This document shows positions 1 to 10,393 of a DNA stretch of 64,000 nt, in pieces (position 1 is the first letter of the stretch; each line of letters opens with the position of its first letter). Made by a program: the position numbers and the translations under genes. The stretch is from Haliotis cracherodii (Eukaryota): NCBI RefSeq assembly GCF_022045235.1, contig NW_027266343.1, forward strand, positions 49,600,001 through 49,664,000. Reading direction: 5' to 3'. The notes below the pieces were generated by a model, which had not been told where the DNA came from, did not search any database, and worked only from the letters and a program-made list of their open reading frames with translations.

Positions 1-179
1 ATCTACTTGCCATATGGACTAAAAAAAAAGAGAGCGGGGATCTATTCGCCATATGAGCTAAAGAGTGGGGATCTTTTCCCCATATGGATACAATGTGTTA
101 AGCCCATCTCGGCTGATCCCCACAGTGATAGGGTTAGAATACTGTTACAAGCTGCCCACAACCCGACTGCCCGACTGAC

Positions 180-324
180 CTTGACATGGGGGTGAGGTGA
201 GCACATCCCCAGTTGTCAGGTGGACTGCTTCCCCATGCATCACCACATCACCGAAGCCAGGCAGGCTCTTACACCTCAGTCTCTCCTGGATATCTTTATT
301 TGCCAACGAGTCTGCCTTGCTGCT
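180..324 (-). CDS. DNAAF9: DNAAF9/C20orf194 (Shulin) orthologue, internal exon; gene continues beyond the left edge
   Basis: gatgtag|AGC acceptor and CAAG|gtcagt donor; 145 bp, phase 0 to 1. Encodes SSKADSLANKDIQERLRCKSLPGFGDVVMHGEAVHLTTGDVLTSPPCQ(G), collinear with recalled human ...[26 protein letters not shown]. Confidence 0.8.
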
Positions 325-666
325 CTACATCAACAAAATAACACACAGTGTACACATTTAGAAATTACCTTGGAAATGTTCGGCAAAGGTTTTTAATATA
401 GCTTATTTGATATCCTGTAAAACTTGTAGACATAAATTAATCCATTTCTCTTTCTATGTGAAGGACAGGGACTTAACAATGGTGAAACTAAAGGAAGATA
501 AACAAGATGCAATAATTCAATTTTTAACAAGACATAAGCTGGGATGCAATTTGTCACTAGTGGATTGACAGTTTATCGGGACACAACTTGAGTCCAGGAG
601 GGTGGGTTTCCGATCTGCTGTAGTCCAGGCTGACATGGGGTCACTGCATGGAGATTGGCCACTTAC

Positions 667-737
667 TGCCCACATCTGGAACCTTGGCAGGTGACTGGTG
701 AGAACGAGAACATCACTGCTGATTGTCTCCGGCTGGC
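667..737 (-). CDS. DNAAF9: DNAAF9 internal exon
   Basis: gttgcag|GC acceptor and GCA|gtaagt donor; 71 bp, phase 1 to 0. Encodes (G)QPETISSDVLVLTSHLPRFQMWA, matching recalled human [20 protein letters not shown]. Confidence 0.88.
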
Positions 738-1102
738 CTGCAACACCCACAGGTGAATAATCATCTTTCAGACAGGTCTAGAAAAAATGGCCACGGGCAC
801 TGGCCCAAATGAATTCTGTCTGTCAAGTTAATGATGAATAGAAACGTAAATTAAATTCTAATTGAATAATCAAATTAATATTTTGACAATAACATGTTTA
901 AACACTGAACAGCAATGACTTAATTCCATTCAAAATTTGCAGAAATCTGCAAACAATTGTTATTTTGTTAATCTCCAATGAACATGCCGACAATCCACAC
1001 CTGTATAACTCCGGCTGAAAGGAAGAGGTTCTCACAGTTTCTAAATCAGCTTCTATAGTCACGGTATTCCTGGTTACGTTAATGTCTCCTTCAGTCCATT
1101 TA

Positions 1103-1623
1103 CAGTAAACTACGGTTATAATGAACATGCTCATAATCAACTGACGGACATAACAAACTGTTCTTTTGGTCCAGGCCATTTGCCATATGTTTTATCATAT
1201 AAAGTTGATTGATATAACGAACACACTCATAACGAAACAACGGATATAGCGAACTCACTTTGTGGTCTCGCATGTACTCTGTCAACGCTAATGTTTAAGT
1301 GTCTAACAAACTGTTCATCCCTCACGTGTCACCAATCAAAACGCTGCTGTTCAAAGCATCAATAAACAATTGAAGGCAACTGATTTACTCTTAAGTACTG
1401 ACACCTTGTCCTCAAATTACACCCTCAATTAACAATAGTAACACAGTGATTGAAGTGGATATATTCTGTACATGTACAGTGCACACTTTTGTTATTTATC
1501 ATATACATGATGTCACATGACTTAGAAATAGATGTCTGACAGTCAAAATGCGTATAAGTAACAATGGATATAACAAACTAAAATTAGTGGTCCCTTTGAG
1601 TTTGTTATAACCGTAGTTGACTG
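1103..1623. mobile_element. Tc1/mariner (pogo/Tigger-like) MITE, family M1
   Basis: TIRs CAGTAAACTACGGTTATAA / TTATAACCGTAGTTGACTG flanked by TA on both sides; related copies at 5960, 23284 and 34876. Confidence 0.85.
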
Positions 1624-1934
1624 TACCTTAACAAAGCAAGTGAAGAAGCTTTGGCACACTAATAGCACACAGCTTACCTGGTGAAACCTTCCACCACCAG
1701 GCATCCCCCAGCACCAACTACCATCACTCAAGATTAGCCATTTTGTGCCCACTTATGGTTAAATAACTTACAAATCTGTTAATTTTATCAAGATACAACA
1801 TGTATAAAGTGAAATTAAATGTTTATTTTTTCTGAATAGTGAAAATAAATAACATCCCCATTAGTGTTCATTAATGTTACAATCCCTGAGGATACACTAC
1901 ATGTAGCCAAAAAGTCCACAAGCCCATGGAATTA

Positions 1935-2420
1935 GTCTATCAGGCTACTGGGCTATTAGGCTAACAGGCTATCTGGTCTAGTATAGTGGACCATTTGGAT
2001 ATTGGGCTATTTAGCCTAGTATAGTGGACCATTTGGATATTAGGCTATCTGACTAGAGGACCATTTGGATATTGGGCTATCTGGCTAGAGGACCATTTGG
2101 ATATTGGGCTATCAGGCTAGAGGACCATTTGGATATTGGGCTATCTGGCTAGTGGACCATTTGGATATTGGGCTATCAGGCGAGTGAGCATATTTGGCTA
2201 TTAAGCTTTCAAGCTATCTGGGCTATCTGGCTAGAGGACAATTTGGATATTGGGCTATCAGGCGAGTGGACATTTTGGATATTGGGCTATCTGGCTAGTG
2301 AACCAATTGGATACTGGTCTATCAGGCTAGTGGATTTATTTGGCTATTGCGATACGAGGCTGTGAGGCAAGTGAGCTATGACTATGAGGCTACGACCTAG
2401 TGGTCATCAAGCAAGTGGAC
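1935..2420. repeat. 32-bp tandem array (GGCTATCTGGCTAGTGGACCATTTGGATATTG), degenerate at both ends
   Basis: GACCATTTGG recurs at 2091 and 2123 (period 32); best-conserved core about 1967-2345. Confidence 0.9.
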
Positions 2421-2469
2421 CATTCAGTTGTCAATTGCTACAGGGTCTAGTTGGATACTACAATCCCAC

Positions 2470-2624
2470 CTGGGTCGGAGACTGGAATGACAGAGTCTAG
2501 GAAGGACTCCGCAAACACCAAGGAGCTGAGGTGGCCCTTGCCATGGCAACTGGGGACGTCATACAGGGTCATGGTGGCAACCTTCACCAGAAGACTCTGG
2601 CTGCCATCTCGCAGGGAGCTGGGC
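2470..2624 (-). CDS. DNAAF9: DNAAF9 internal exon
   Basis: ttcttcctccag|G acceptor and CCAG|gtggga donor; 155 bp, phase 2 to 1. Encodes PSSLRDGSQSLLVKVATMTLYDVPSCHGKGHLSSLVFAESFLDSVIPVSDP, matching recalled human [36 protein letters not shown]. Confidence 0.9.
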
Positions 2625-3699
2625 CTGGAGGAAGAAATTGGCTTTGATATGACAACCAAATTTCATTTCCCACACTTTTATTACTAATATTTGGTTGAGT
2701 TATTGAATCATTTCAATAACGATCTGACGTTAATGCATGAGTGTAGACTGAATTGCAGGCATGTGGAGGTAGGTGCACCCACAAGCTGTTTAAATGCCTC
2801 GAGACAAGAGTTTAATCAAATATCTATAGAGAAAAATTAGTGGCAGAAATGACAGTATCTGGCACCATATTTCTATATTTCTGCTATTGATTATTGATCT
2901 CTGACTTCACTGATTGGTAAGAGTCAAGCTAAATATTTCATTAGATGGAACTAGCTGGGTAATTGTTTGAATCAGAAGCTAATGAGTCATTATATATATC
3001 GTAGATATTTGCTAGTTCAACAGACATAAAAACAGAACCAAATGATGGGGCAAGTATTGTAACTTTGGAAAAACAACATCTGTTTCTGCAACTTATTGAG
3101 TCTCCATTGTCAACTATCTGGTCAGCTAAACAGTTTCAAAACTGATATTGGGTTATTTACTGAATAGCTAACAAACTTATTACAGTCTCAGGCAAGCCTT
3201 TGCAGCATATATTCCTAAGTGAGAGATAATCAGTCTGAATTATGAGCAGTTTATTCTATATGCTACTCAGAGTCAAGAAAATGTAGAAGAATGTGGGTCA
3301 CACAAAGAGGAGGGATTTTGCTGGCGACAAATGGCATTATCATATCTCCATGTCAGAATGAAGCGATCTGATTGGTCCACATGATCTTGATAAAAGACTA
3401 TGTATCTCACTTTGGAGGGAAATAAATTTCTCAGGGGGGATTAAATCCCTTAAACCCCACCATGAGCAAGTCAGGCTGCACGTGGATTTCTGAGAGGCAG
3501 AATATATCCCACATACCCCGCTTTGAAGTAAAAAGCCACACGCTTTCCTCCCCCCACCTTCGAGTCAATGAAAGTCACGGGACATAGCACAAGTTTACCT
3601 CAGTTCAGTTGAACAGCTTTTTTCTATCAATTTTGGATTTTTACATTTTTTTTACAATGACATATTAAAACATGTTAGTAAGATAACTTTGTTGCAAGA

Positions 3700-3794
3700 G
3701 GATTACGAGGGGTACATGCGGTCTTATGCATCCCCTGTTAGGTTATAAAACCTAACACGGGAAGCATAAAACCCCCATGTACCCCTCGTGATCC
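3700..3794. repeat. About 95-nt foldback palindrome
   Basis: GGATTACGAGGGGTACATG...TGTTAGGTT pairs with AACCTAACA...CATGTACCCCTCGTGATCC around a few-nt centre. Confidence 0.85.
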
Positions 3795-4378
3795 AGCTGC
3801 ATCTCATATTAGGCTATTTTTATGTTTTTATCAACTTTTGATAGGACATATCTCTGCCAAATATTAACAATATCTTGATTTCTTTCACATTTTGGAAGAT
3901 AAGGAGTGAATGTCCTAGAACTTGAACTGATCTGAAACCCTGAAGGAGTCAAAAGAATTGACCAGTTAACTGTTGGATCATCATCATGAACAATGGCATC
4001 ACACACCATGAATATCAACTCATTAACTCATCAATCAGCATAAAGCAAAAATATACCACTCAGTCTTATTTACAGGAATTAGTTTCCCTAGATCTCATGA
4101 TATCTTATGACAATGGGCTAATATTTGCCATTGATCTGAGTCCTACGACGTATCCAGCAGGCAGAGTACGTCTCCTTGCCATACTTGGCAGTGTTTGAAA
4201 CTAAGGCGACCCCTAAACTCTGAACTGTTCACATCTAGGTAATAACAAGGGCCCTTTGACTTTAATAATTAATTTTTAAAACTGTTTGTTAACACAGATT
4301 TGTTTTATGCAGATTGAAAGGAATACGTTGTAAAGGAGAAATGACATAAAGTGACCAAGTGACAGAATTCCCCCCCAC

Positions 4379-4423
4379 CTGCCACAGTTGTCAACAGCTT
4401 CTATAGTAAACTTGACACTTGAT
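4379..4423 (-). CDS. DNAAF9: DNAAF9 internal 45-bp exon
   Basis: ttcctgtttcag|A acceptor and GGCAG|gtgggg donor; phase 2 to 2. Encodes (R)SSVKFTIEAVDNCG(R), matching recalled human SKMTFHIHAVNNQGR. Confidence 0.85.
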
Positions 4424-4685
4424 CTGAAACAGGAAGAAAATATAAACAGAACACGTTCAAATTATCAAGTTGAATTGGTTTGAGTGGAATCATTTGACAC
4501 AATGAAATTCCTACTTTCATATAATTGTTTCCAATTGGATTAAAAACCAATAATGACACTTCCCAACAGGCCAATGACACGTGTGTGCCCACAGTATGTA
4601 ATCAGTTTTGAATTCCCCAATAGAGGGAAACAACGGCATGTATTTGGTGTAACAGCATTGTGCCAGGGTTCAGAGTGAAAAAAAC

Positions 4686-4925
4686 CTCAACACAAGACTG
4701 TATGACAAGGGGATGACGTCAACTTTCCAATAGTCAACTTCTCTTCATGTCGAGCAATATTCCCGCAGCTACAGGCTTTGGTGTCATTTCACAACCTTAA
4801 AGTTCAATCAAGCATGTTCTTTCTACGCAGATTTCAAAGAGTGTCATATTACTTTCGCTCAAAAGTTGTTTGATCAGGGTTACAGTGAGTAAACGTGTCA
4901 GACACTCCTTGATAACATCGCATCA
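4686..4925 (+). mobile_element. Decayed Penelope-like retroelement RT C-terminal fragment
   Basis: Frameshifted translation LNTRLYDK-DDVNFPIVNF-FMSSNIPAATGFGV-ISQ...ACSFYADF...KLFDQGY fits the recalled YDKRDDFNFxIVNFP...NIP...YGVYISQL...QGY motif of invertebrate PLE reverse transcriptases. Confidence 0.7.
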
Positions 4926-5190
4926 ACATAGTGAGTGAAAGGGCCTGGTTTTAGGCTGCTTTAGGAAATATAAAGTGATATCAGAACAGGGGGCATCAGA
5001 GATGGACTTCCAGTATTGTACCATTTCAATCCTGGGTGAACACGCAACATTTTGTTGCAACCATTCATTGCCCCAACATAACAGCATCGTAGAAGAAATG
5101 ATGTTGTACGACCTCACCTCCAGCATGGCATCTTATGCCAATGGGATTGCTGCATTCTACCCTGCCATTGATCTTTGTCCTACTACATAC

Positions 5191-5273
5191 CGATCAGACA
5201 GATAGTTGAGGAGAGAAGAAGTCTTCAGGTCACCACAGTCGTCATGGAGAGTCTGGACAGCCTTCAGCCTCGC
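5191..5273 (-). CDS. DNAAF9: DNAAF9 internal exon
   Basis: ctgttgcag|GCG acceptor and GATCG|gtatgt donor; 83 bp, phase 0 to 2. Encodes ARLKAVQTLHDDCGDLKTSSLLNYLSD(R), matching recalled human AKEVAEQTL...; phases fit both neighbouring exons. Confidence 0.85.
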
Positions 5274-5447
5274 CTGCAACAGCATTGCAACATCGCCAAC
5301 ATAAATATCAAGAAACTGACAATTTCACTATGAATAAGATCTCCTCTGCTAAATGAAACTTGTTTTCAAACAGTCATATAATGAGTGAATGGGGTGTGTT
5401 GTCAGTAATGTCTCAGGTATTCCACAGCTGCCTAGATAGATGAGGAG

Positions 5448-5798
5448 GTGAGGTGAAATTGGGTTTAACGTCGCGCCAAGATTATTGCACTTACATAGCG
5501 ACGTGCATGCACGTGCGAGTGTTTGTGTGTGGCTGCTTGTACTAGTCCGGACTGATGCCGATTTATAGTGCTAGCCCACTGAGATACCATGCCGCAGTTT
5601 AACATGAATACCCCACTCAGACGCAGTATACTGACTCCGAGCCAACCAGTCCTTGTTTTAACCCCTTAATGCCGAGCACCAGACAAGGTAACAACAAGTA
5701 CCATCTTTTAACGTCTTTTGGTCTGACGCGGCCAGGGATCGAACCCCGGACCTTCCGCTCTCCGGGCGGACGCTCTACCACTAGACCACGGAGGCAGT
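5448..5798 (-). mobile_element. tRNA-derived SINE family A, full length
   Basis: Minus-strand A box TGGTCTAGTGG, B box GGTTCGATCCC, (TCACC)n tail; perfect 15-bp TSD TAGATAGATGAGGAG at 5433-5447 and 5799-5813. Confidence 0.93.
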
Positions 5799-5959
5799 TA
5801 GATAGATGAGGAGCGCAGACCAGTCAACAAGTGTAAATAGTTTGAGCAATTATCCAAGCTGTTAGTGTATGACGACACACAACTAGCTGAGTTGCAGACA
5901 AGTCACACATGAGAGTTGGTCTTCAGTAAGCAGTAAGCAAACCAACTCATTACATACTA

Positions 5960-6134
5960 CAGTAAACTACGTTTATAATGAACACGCCTATAACGAACTG
6001 ACCGATATAAAAAACTTATTTTTTAGTCCCGGGCATTTGCTGTACATATGCTGCATATATGCTTATAACAAACTACGGTTATTACAAACTAAAACTAGTG
6101 GTCCCTATGAGTTCGTTATAACCGTAGTTTACTG
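5960..6134. mobile_element. MITE family M1, short copy
   Basis: TA|CAGTAAACTACG ... CGTAGTTTACTG|TA. Confidence 0.85.
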
Positions 6135-6557
6135 TATGTGGCCATTTCAGTTTCTTTCTTACAATCATTGGAACTAGGGACCTATTTAGCCCTGGAATTC
6201 TCCCGGGCGTATCCTGTCATGGAATCCCTTAGAGGAATGGCATGATATGATTTATAAACCTGAGCCATATTCTTGTTGAATACAGGAAACATAATGGGTA
6301 TAACAATACTTTTGTTTATATTGTGAGATGACAATGTGTTTGACACTAGTGAAACCACAAAGTCTGACTTGTCCAAATTGCTTAAGCTCTGTCTCAGAAC
6401 CCACTGCACCTTGACACAGGCTACAAACCATGCTAAGAATCAGGGTCACATCTTTGCATAGGTCATACTTACAAACCCAAAGTCAGCACTAAATTCTAAA
6501 ATTTAGACTGAAAGCAGAAAAAGTAGGTCCAACCAGATGTTAGGATGAGGACAGATA

Positions 6558-6738
6558 GAGTGAGTAAATGAGTGAGTAAGTCAGTATGGTTTTTATGCCG
6601 CTTATAGCAATTTTCCAGCAATATCACGGTGGGGGACACCAGTAATGGGCTTCACACATTGTACCCATGTCAGGAAACGAACCCGGGTCTTCGGCATGAC
6701 AAGCGAACTCTTTAACCACTAGGCTACCCGACTCCCCC
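6558..6738 (-). mobile_element. tRNA-derived SINE family B
   Basis: Minus-strand A box TAGCCTAGTGG, B-box-like GGTTCGTTTCC, (ACTC)n tail; closely similar to copies at 33159 and 42513. Confidence 0.9.
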
Positions 6739-7199
6739 TGACAGTTGGAGAAGGAAGTACTTTAGGAGAACAGCTTAACTGGCAGAAATTCAGTTTGCAC
6801 TGGGCACATGGACAAGTAATACAGTTCCTACCTGTAACTGAAGGATTGACCTTTGAATTTCAACTTCTTTTATTTTTTCGATGTGATGTTTTGGTGCAGG
6901 TACCAGTATATTAATCAACCAAGTGAGCAACATCTTGGTAGGCTTCCCTAGGCTTCATCCATTTTCACCATTTGCAATCCTGTTTTTATTAATCTCTGTC
7001 TTCTTATTACCTTGTCTATGAATCTTGGGTAAAGGTACCCACACTAAACACTGCATTGAGAGAACCACAGAAGCTGAAATTCAGTGGATCCTGCCTCCAG
7101 TGATACTCCAGTTTGTAAATGCCACGGTAATTTACACTTGTCAGAGGGGTTCACAAAGTCTGTGATCTTGACTACTAGTTGATGGACTTTCACTTTTGT

Positions 7200-7340
7200 G
7201 GAAGCCTTGGTGGCTGAGTGGGTTAGATTACTGACTTTGTGTGCTGACGATTAAGTGCCTCACTCTGGCAGTATGGGTTCAAATCCTGGATGGGACTAAA
7301 CCCCAAAAAGTATGAGAATCTGTACTTTACAAAGAAAGTG
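7200..7340 (+). mobile_element. tRNA-like SINE head (family E)
   Basis: A box TGGCTGAGTGG at 7211 and B box GGTTCAAATCC at 7276; no intact cloverleaf. Confidence 0.65.
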
Positions 7341-7377
7341 TTATCCCAAATATAACACTGAAAGATGATGTTCCTAC

Positions 7378-7462
7378 CTGAGTGACACTGAGAGTGTGGG
7401 CGTACGTCTTGATTCCCTTCATGACTGCCTCAGCCATAGCCTTGTACACCAGCATCAGGTAC
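7378..7462 (-). CDS. DNAAF9: DNAAF9 internal exon (most 5' exon recognised in the window)
   Basis: gtgtttgcag|G acceptor and CAG|gtagga donor; 85 bp, phase 2 to 0. Encodes YLMLVYKAMAEAVMKGIKTYAHTLSVTQ, matching recalled human [28 protein letters not shown]. Confidence 0.88.
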
Positions 7463-7634
7463 CTGCAAACACATTACACTAGACGTTATGTTTACTGTAT
7501 ATCATCGTCTATAAAGTGACCCCGGCTATAAGGCGACCCCCTTGTAAAGCCCTCAAAATTCATATACCTGGTACCCATCTATAAAGCGATCTGGAATGAA
7601 GCACATCACCATACACATACACATCCTTCTATTT

Positions 7635-8300
7635 GCCATAAAAATGTGTGTGTCTTCCGCAGAGAAAAATTACATCGTATCCCTTCAGTGAATTCAAGTA
7701 AACAAACAGGTGATAACAATGAAACTTCGTCAATACAGATTTGAAATTTGAAATAAAACATCACTAGACATGTTGATTTACTGTTTTGATAGTATTTCCT
7801 GTTCTGTTAGACATTCTTTAATATGCAGAGTTTTGTCTGTTTGTCAATTAACGCAGCAATCAGCGATATTGATGGAGGCCTGTAAAAAATTGAGTCTGGA
7901 TCAGATAATCCAGTGACTGACATCGTGAGCATTGATCCATGAAATTTGGATACGATGACATTCATAAACCAAATCAGCTAACCTGACCACCCAATCCTGT
8001 TAGATGCCTCTTACAACACGCATAGTTGCCTTTTATGGCAAGCATGGGTTGCTGAAGACCTGTTCTAATCCAGATCTTCACGGATATCTTATTTATATGC
8101 AGAGAGTAAGATTACTGTAACTTTAAAGAATATTTTGATACAATGATTGGAAGAATATATTTCAATATAGTGTTATTTTAGTTGCAACTTTACTATATAT
8201 AATTGAAATAAATCAATAACCATAAACCATGCACTTTTGTACAGCTGATCGCTATTGCAGCATAGTGGTTACACATGGAACAAAATGACCAATCACTGTC
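7635..8300. repeat. Unclassified interspersed repeat interrupted by a family D element; paralogue at about 27050-27300
   Basis: Shares CATCGTATCCCTTCAGTGAATTCA.TAAACAAACAGGTGATAACAA and GTATTTCCTGTTCT...ATGCAGAG with 27082-27235. Confidence 0.7.
7831..8085 (-). mobile_element. SINE-like retroposon family D (no tRNA head)
   Basis: Homologous to the plus-strand copy at 42014-42221; TSD-like ATATGCAGAG at 7821-7830 and 8095-8104; empty-site paralogue near 27218. Confidence 0.8.
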
Positions 8301-8304
8301 GATG

Positions 8305-10086
8305 CTTCACAGTTCCACACCAATACTTGTCATGGCTTATCAACACCAAGGTTTAGCTTCATGCTTCCACACCAATACTTGTCATGGCTTATCAACACCA
8401 AGGTTTAGCTTCACAATTCCACACCAATACTTGTCATGGCTTATCAACACCAAGGTTTAGCTTCACGCTTCCACAACAATACTTGTCATGGCTTATCAAC
8501 ACCAAGGTTTAGCTTCACGCTTCCACAACAATACTTGTCATGGCTTATCAACACCAAGGTTTAGCTTCACAGTTCCACACCAATACTTGTCATGGCTTAT
8601 CAACACCAAGGTTTAGCTTCACAATTCCACACCAATACTTGTCATGGCTTATCAACACCAAGGTTTAGCTTCACAATTCCACACCAATACTTGTCATGGC
8701 TTATCAACACCAAGGTTTAGCTTCATGCTTCCACACCAATACTTGTCATGGCTTATCAACACCAAGGTTTAGCTTCACAGTTCCACACCAATACTTGTCA
8801 TGGCTTATCAACACCAAGGTTTAGCTTCACAATTCCACACCAATACTTGTCATGGCTTATCAACACCAAGGTTTAGCTTCACAATTCCACACCAATACTT
8901 GTCATGGCTTATCAACACCAAGGTTTAGCTTCACGCTTCCACACCAATACTTGTCATGGCTTATCAACACCAAGGTTTAGCTTCACGCTTCCACACCAAT
9001 ACTTGTCATGGCTTATCAACACCAAGGTTTAGCTTCACGCTTCCACACCAATACTTGTCATGGCTTATCAACACCAAGGTTTAGCTTCAGGCTTCCACAC
9101 CAAAACTTGTCATGGCTTATCAACACCAAGGTTTAGCTTCACAATTCCACACCAATACTTTTCATGGCTTATCAACACCAAGGTTTAGCTTCACAATTCC
9201 ACACCAATACTTGTCATGGCTTATCAACACCAAGGTTTAGCTTCAGGCTTCCACACCAATACTTGTCATGGCTTATCAACACCAAGGTTTAGCTTCACGC
9301 TTCCACACCAATACTTGTCATGGCTTATCATCACCAAGGTTTAGCTTCACGCTTCCACACCAATACTTGTCATGGCTTATCAACACCAAGGTTTAGCTTC
9401 ACGCTTCCACACCAATACTTGTCATGGCTTATCAACACCAAGGTTTAGCTTCAGGCTTCCACACCAATACTTGTCAGGGCTTATCAACACCAAGGTTTAG
9501 CTTCATGCTTCCACACCAATACTTTTCATGGCTTATCAACACCAAGGTTTAGCTTCACAATTCCACACCAATACTTGTCATGGCTTATCAACACCAAGGT
9601 TTAGCTTCACAATTCCACACCAATACTTGTCATGGCTTATCAACACCAAGGTTTAGCTTCACGCTTCCACACCAATACTTGTCATGGCTTATCAACACCA
9701 AGGTTTAGCTTCACGCTTCCACACCAATACTTGTCATGGCTTATCAACACCAGGGTTTAGCTTCACGCTTCCACACCAATACTTGTCATTGCTTACCAAC
9801 ACCAAGGTTTAGCTTCATGCTTCCACACCAATACTTGTCATGGCTTATCAACACCAAGGTTTAGCTTCATGCTTCCACACCAATACTTGTCTTTGCTTAT
9901 CAACACCAGGGTTTAGCTTCAAGCTTCCACACCAATACATGTCATGGCTTATCAACACCAGGGTTTAGCTTCACGCTTCCACACCAATACTTGTCATGGC
10001 TTATCAACACCAAGGTTTAGCTTCACAATTCCAAACCAATACTTGTCATGGCTTATCAACACCAAGGTTTAGCTTCACAATTCCAA
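8305..10086. repeat. 52-bp minisatellite, about 34 copies
   Basis: Unit CCACACCAATACTTGTCATGGCTTATCAACACCAAGGTTTAGCTTCACRMTT; same phase at 8321 and 8581 (5 x 52). Confidence 0.97.
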
Positions 10087-10353
10087 AACAACAAAATGAA
10101 TAAGATAACAAAAGGTGGAAAATAACAAAGGGGAGAAACCAACAAGGGAAACCAACAAATGATTGGCGCTGAAAGATGATTGACAACAGACAATGGAAGC
10201 CAACACTTTACAGTAATTAGGATGAAAGTATGGAAGCCAGTACTTAAGTATCATAAATAGGTAATAGGTAATGGACACTGGACACTTGTTATCTTATCAT
10301 TTTTGTTGTCCTTACATGTAATTATATATGCTCTCTGCCTCATGGCATTCATT

Positions 10354-10393
10354 CACCTGATGAAGGAGTAAGCATATACTCCGAAACGTTGTG
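10354..10393 (+). ncRNA. Minimal hammerhead ribozyme motif of Penelope-like pLTR type
   Basis: CAC-CTGATGA-A-GGAGTA(agcata)TACTCC-GAAA-CGTT-GTG: intact catalytic boxes, 6-bp stem II, palindromic AACGTT stem III, 3-bp stem I. Confidence 0.75.

Noticed and set aside
738-777. Alternative upstream acceptor (ttttctag|ACC) for exon 667-737
   Set aside because: It is phase 0, whereas the upstream exon ends in phase 1.
1678-1717. Possible extra DNAAF9 cassette exon with a strong CAG|GTAAGC donor
   Set aside because: The nearest acceptor is weak and gives 40 bp (frameshift); the flanking exons already join in frame and collinearly with the homologue.
5720-5798. tRNA gene
   Set aside because: A/B boxes are present but run into a SINE body with tail and TSD; no intact cloverleaf. 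The same holds for the other tRNA-like heads.
8305-10086. CRISPR-like regular array
   Set aside because: Head-to-tail units with no unique spacers, no cas genes, eukaryotic context. The same applies to the other arrays.
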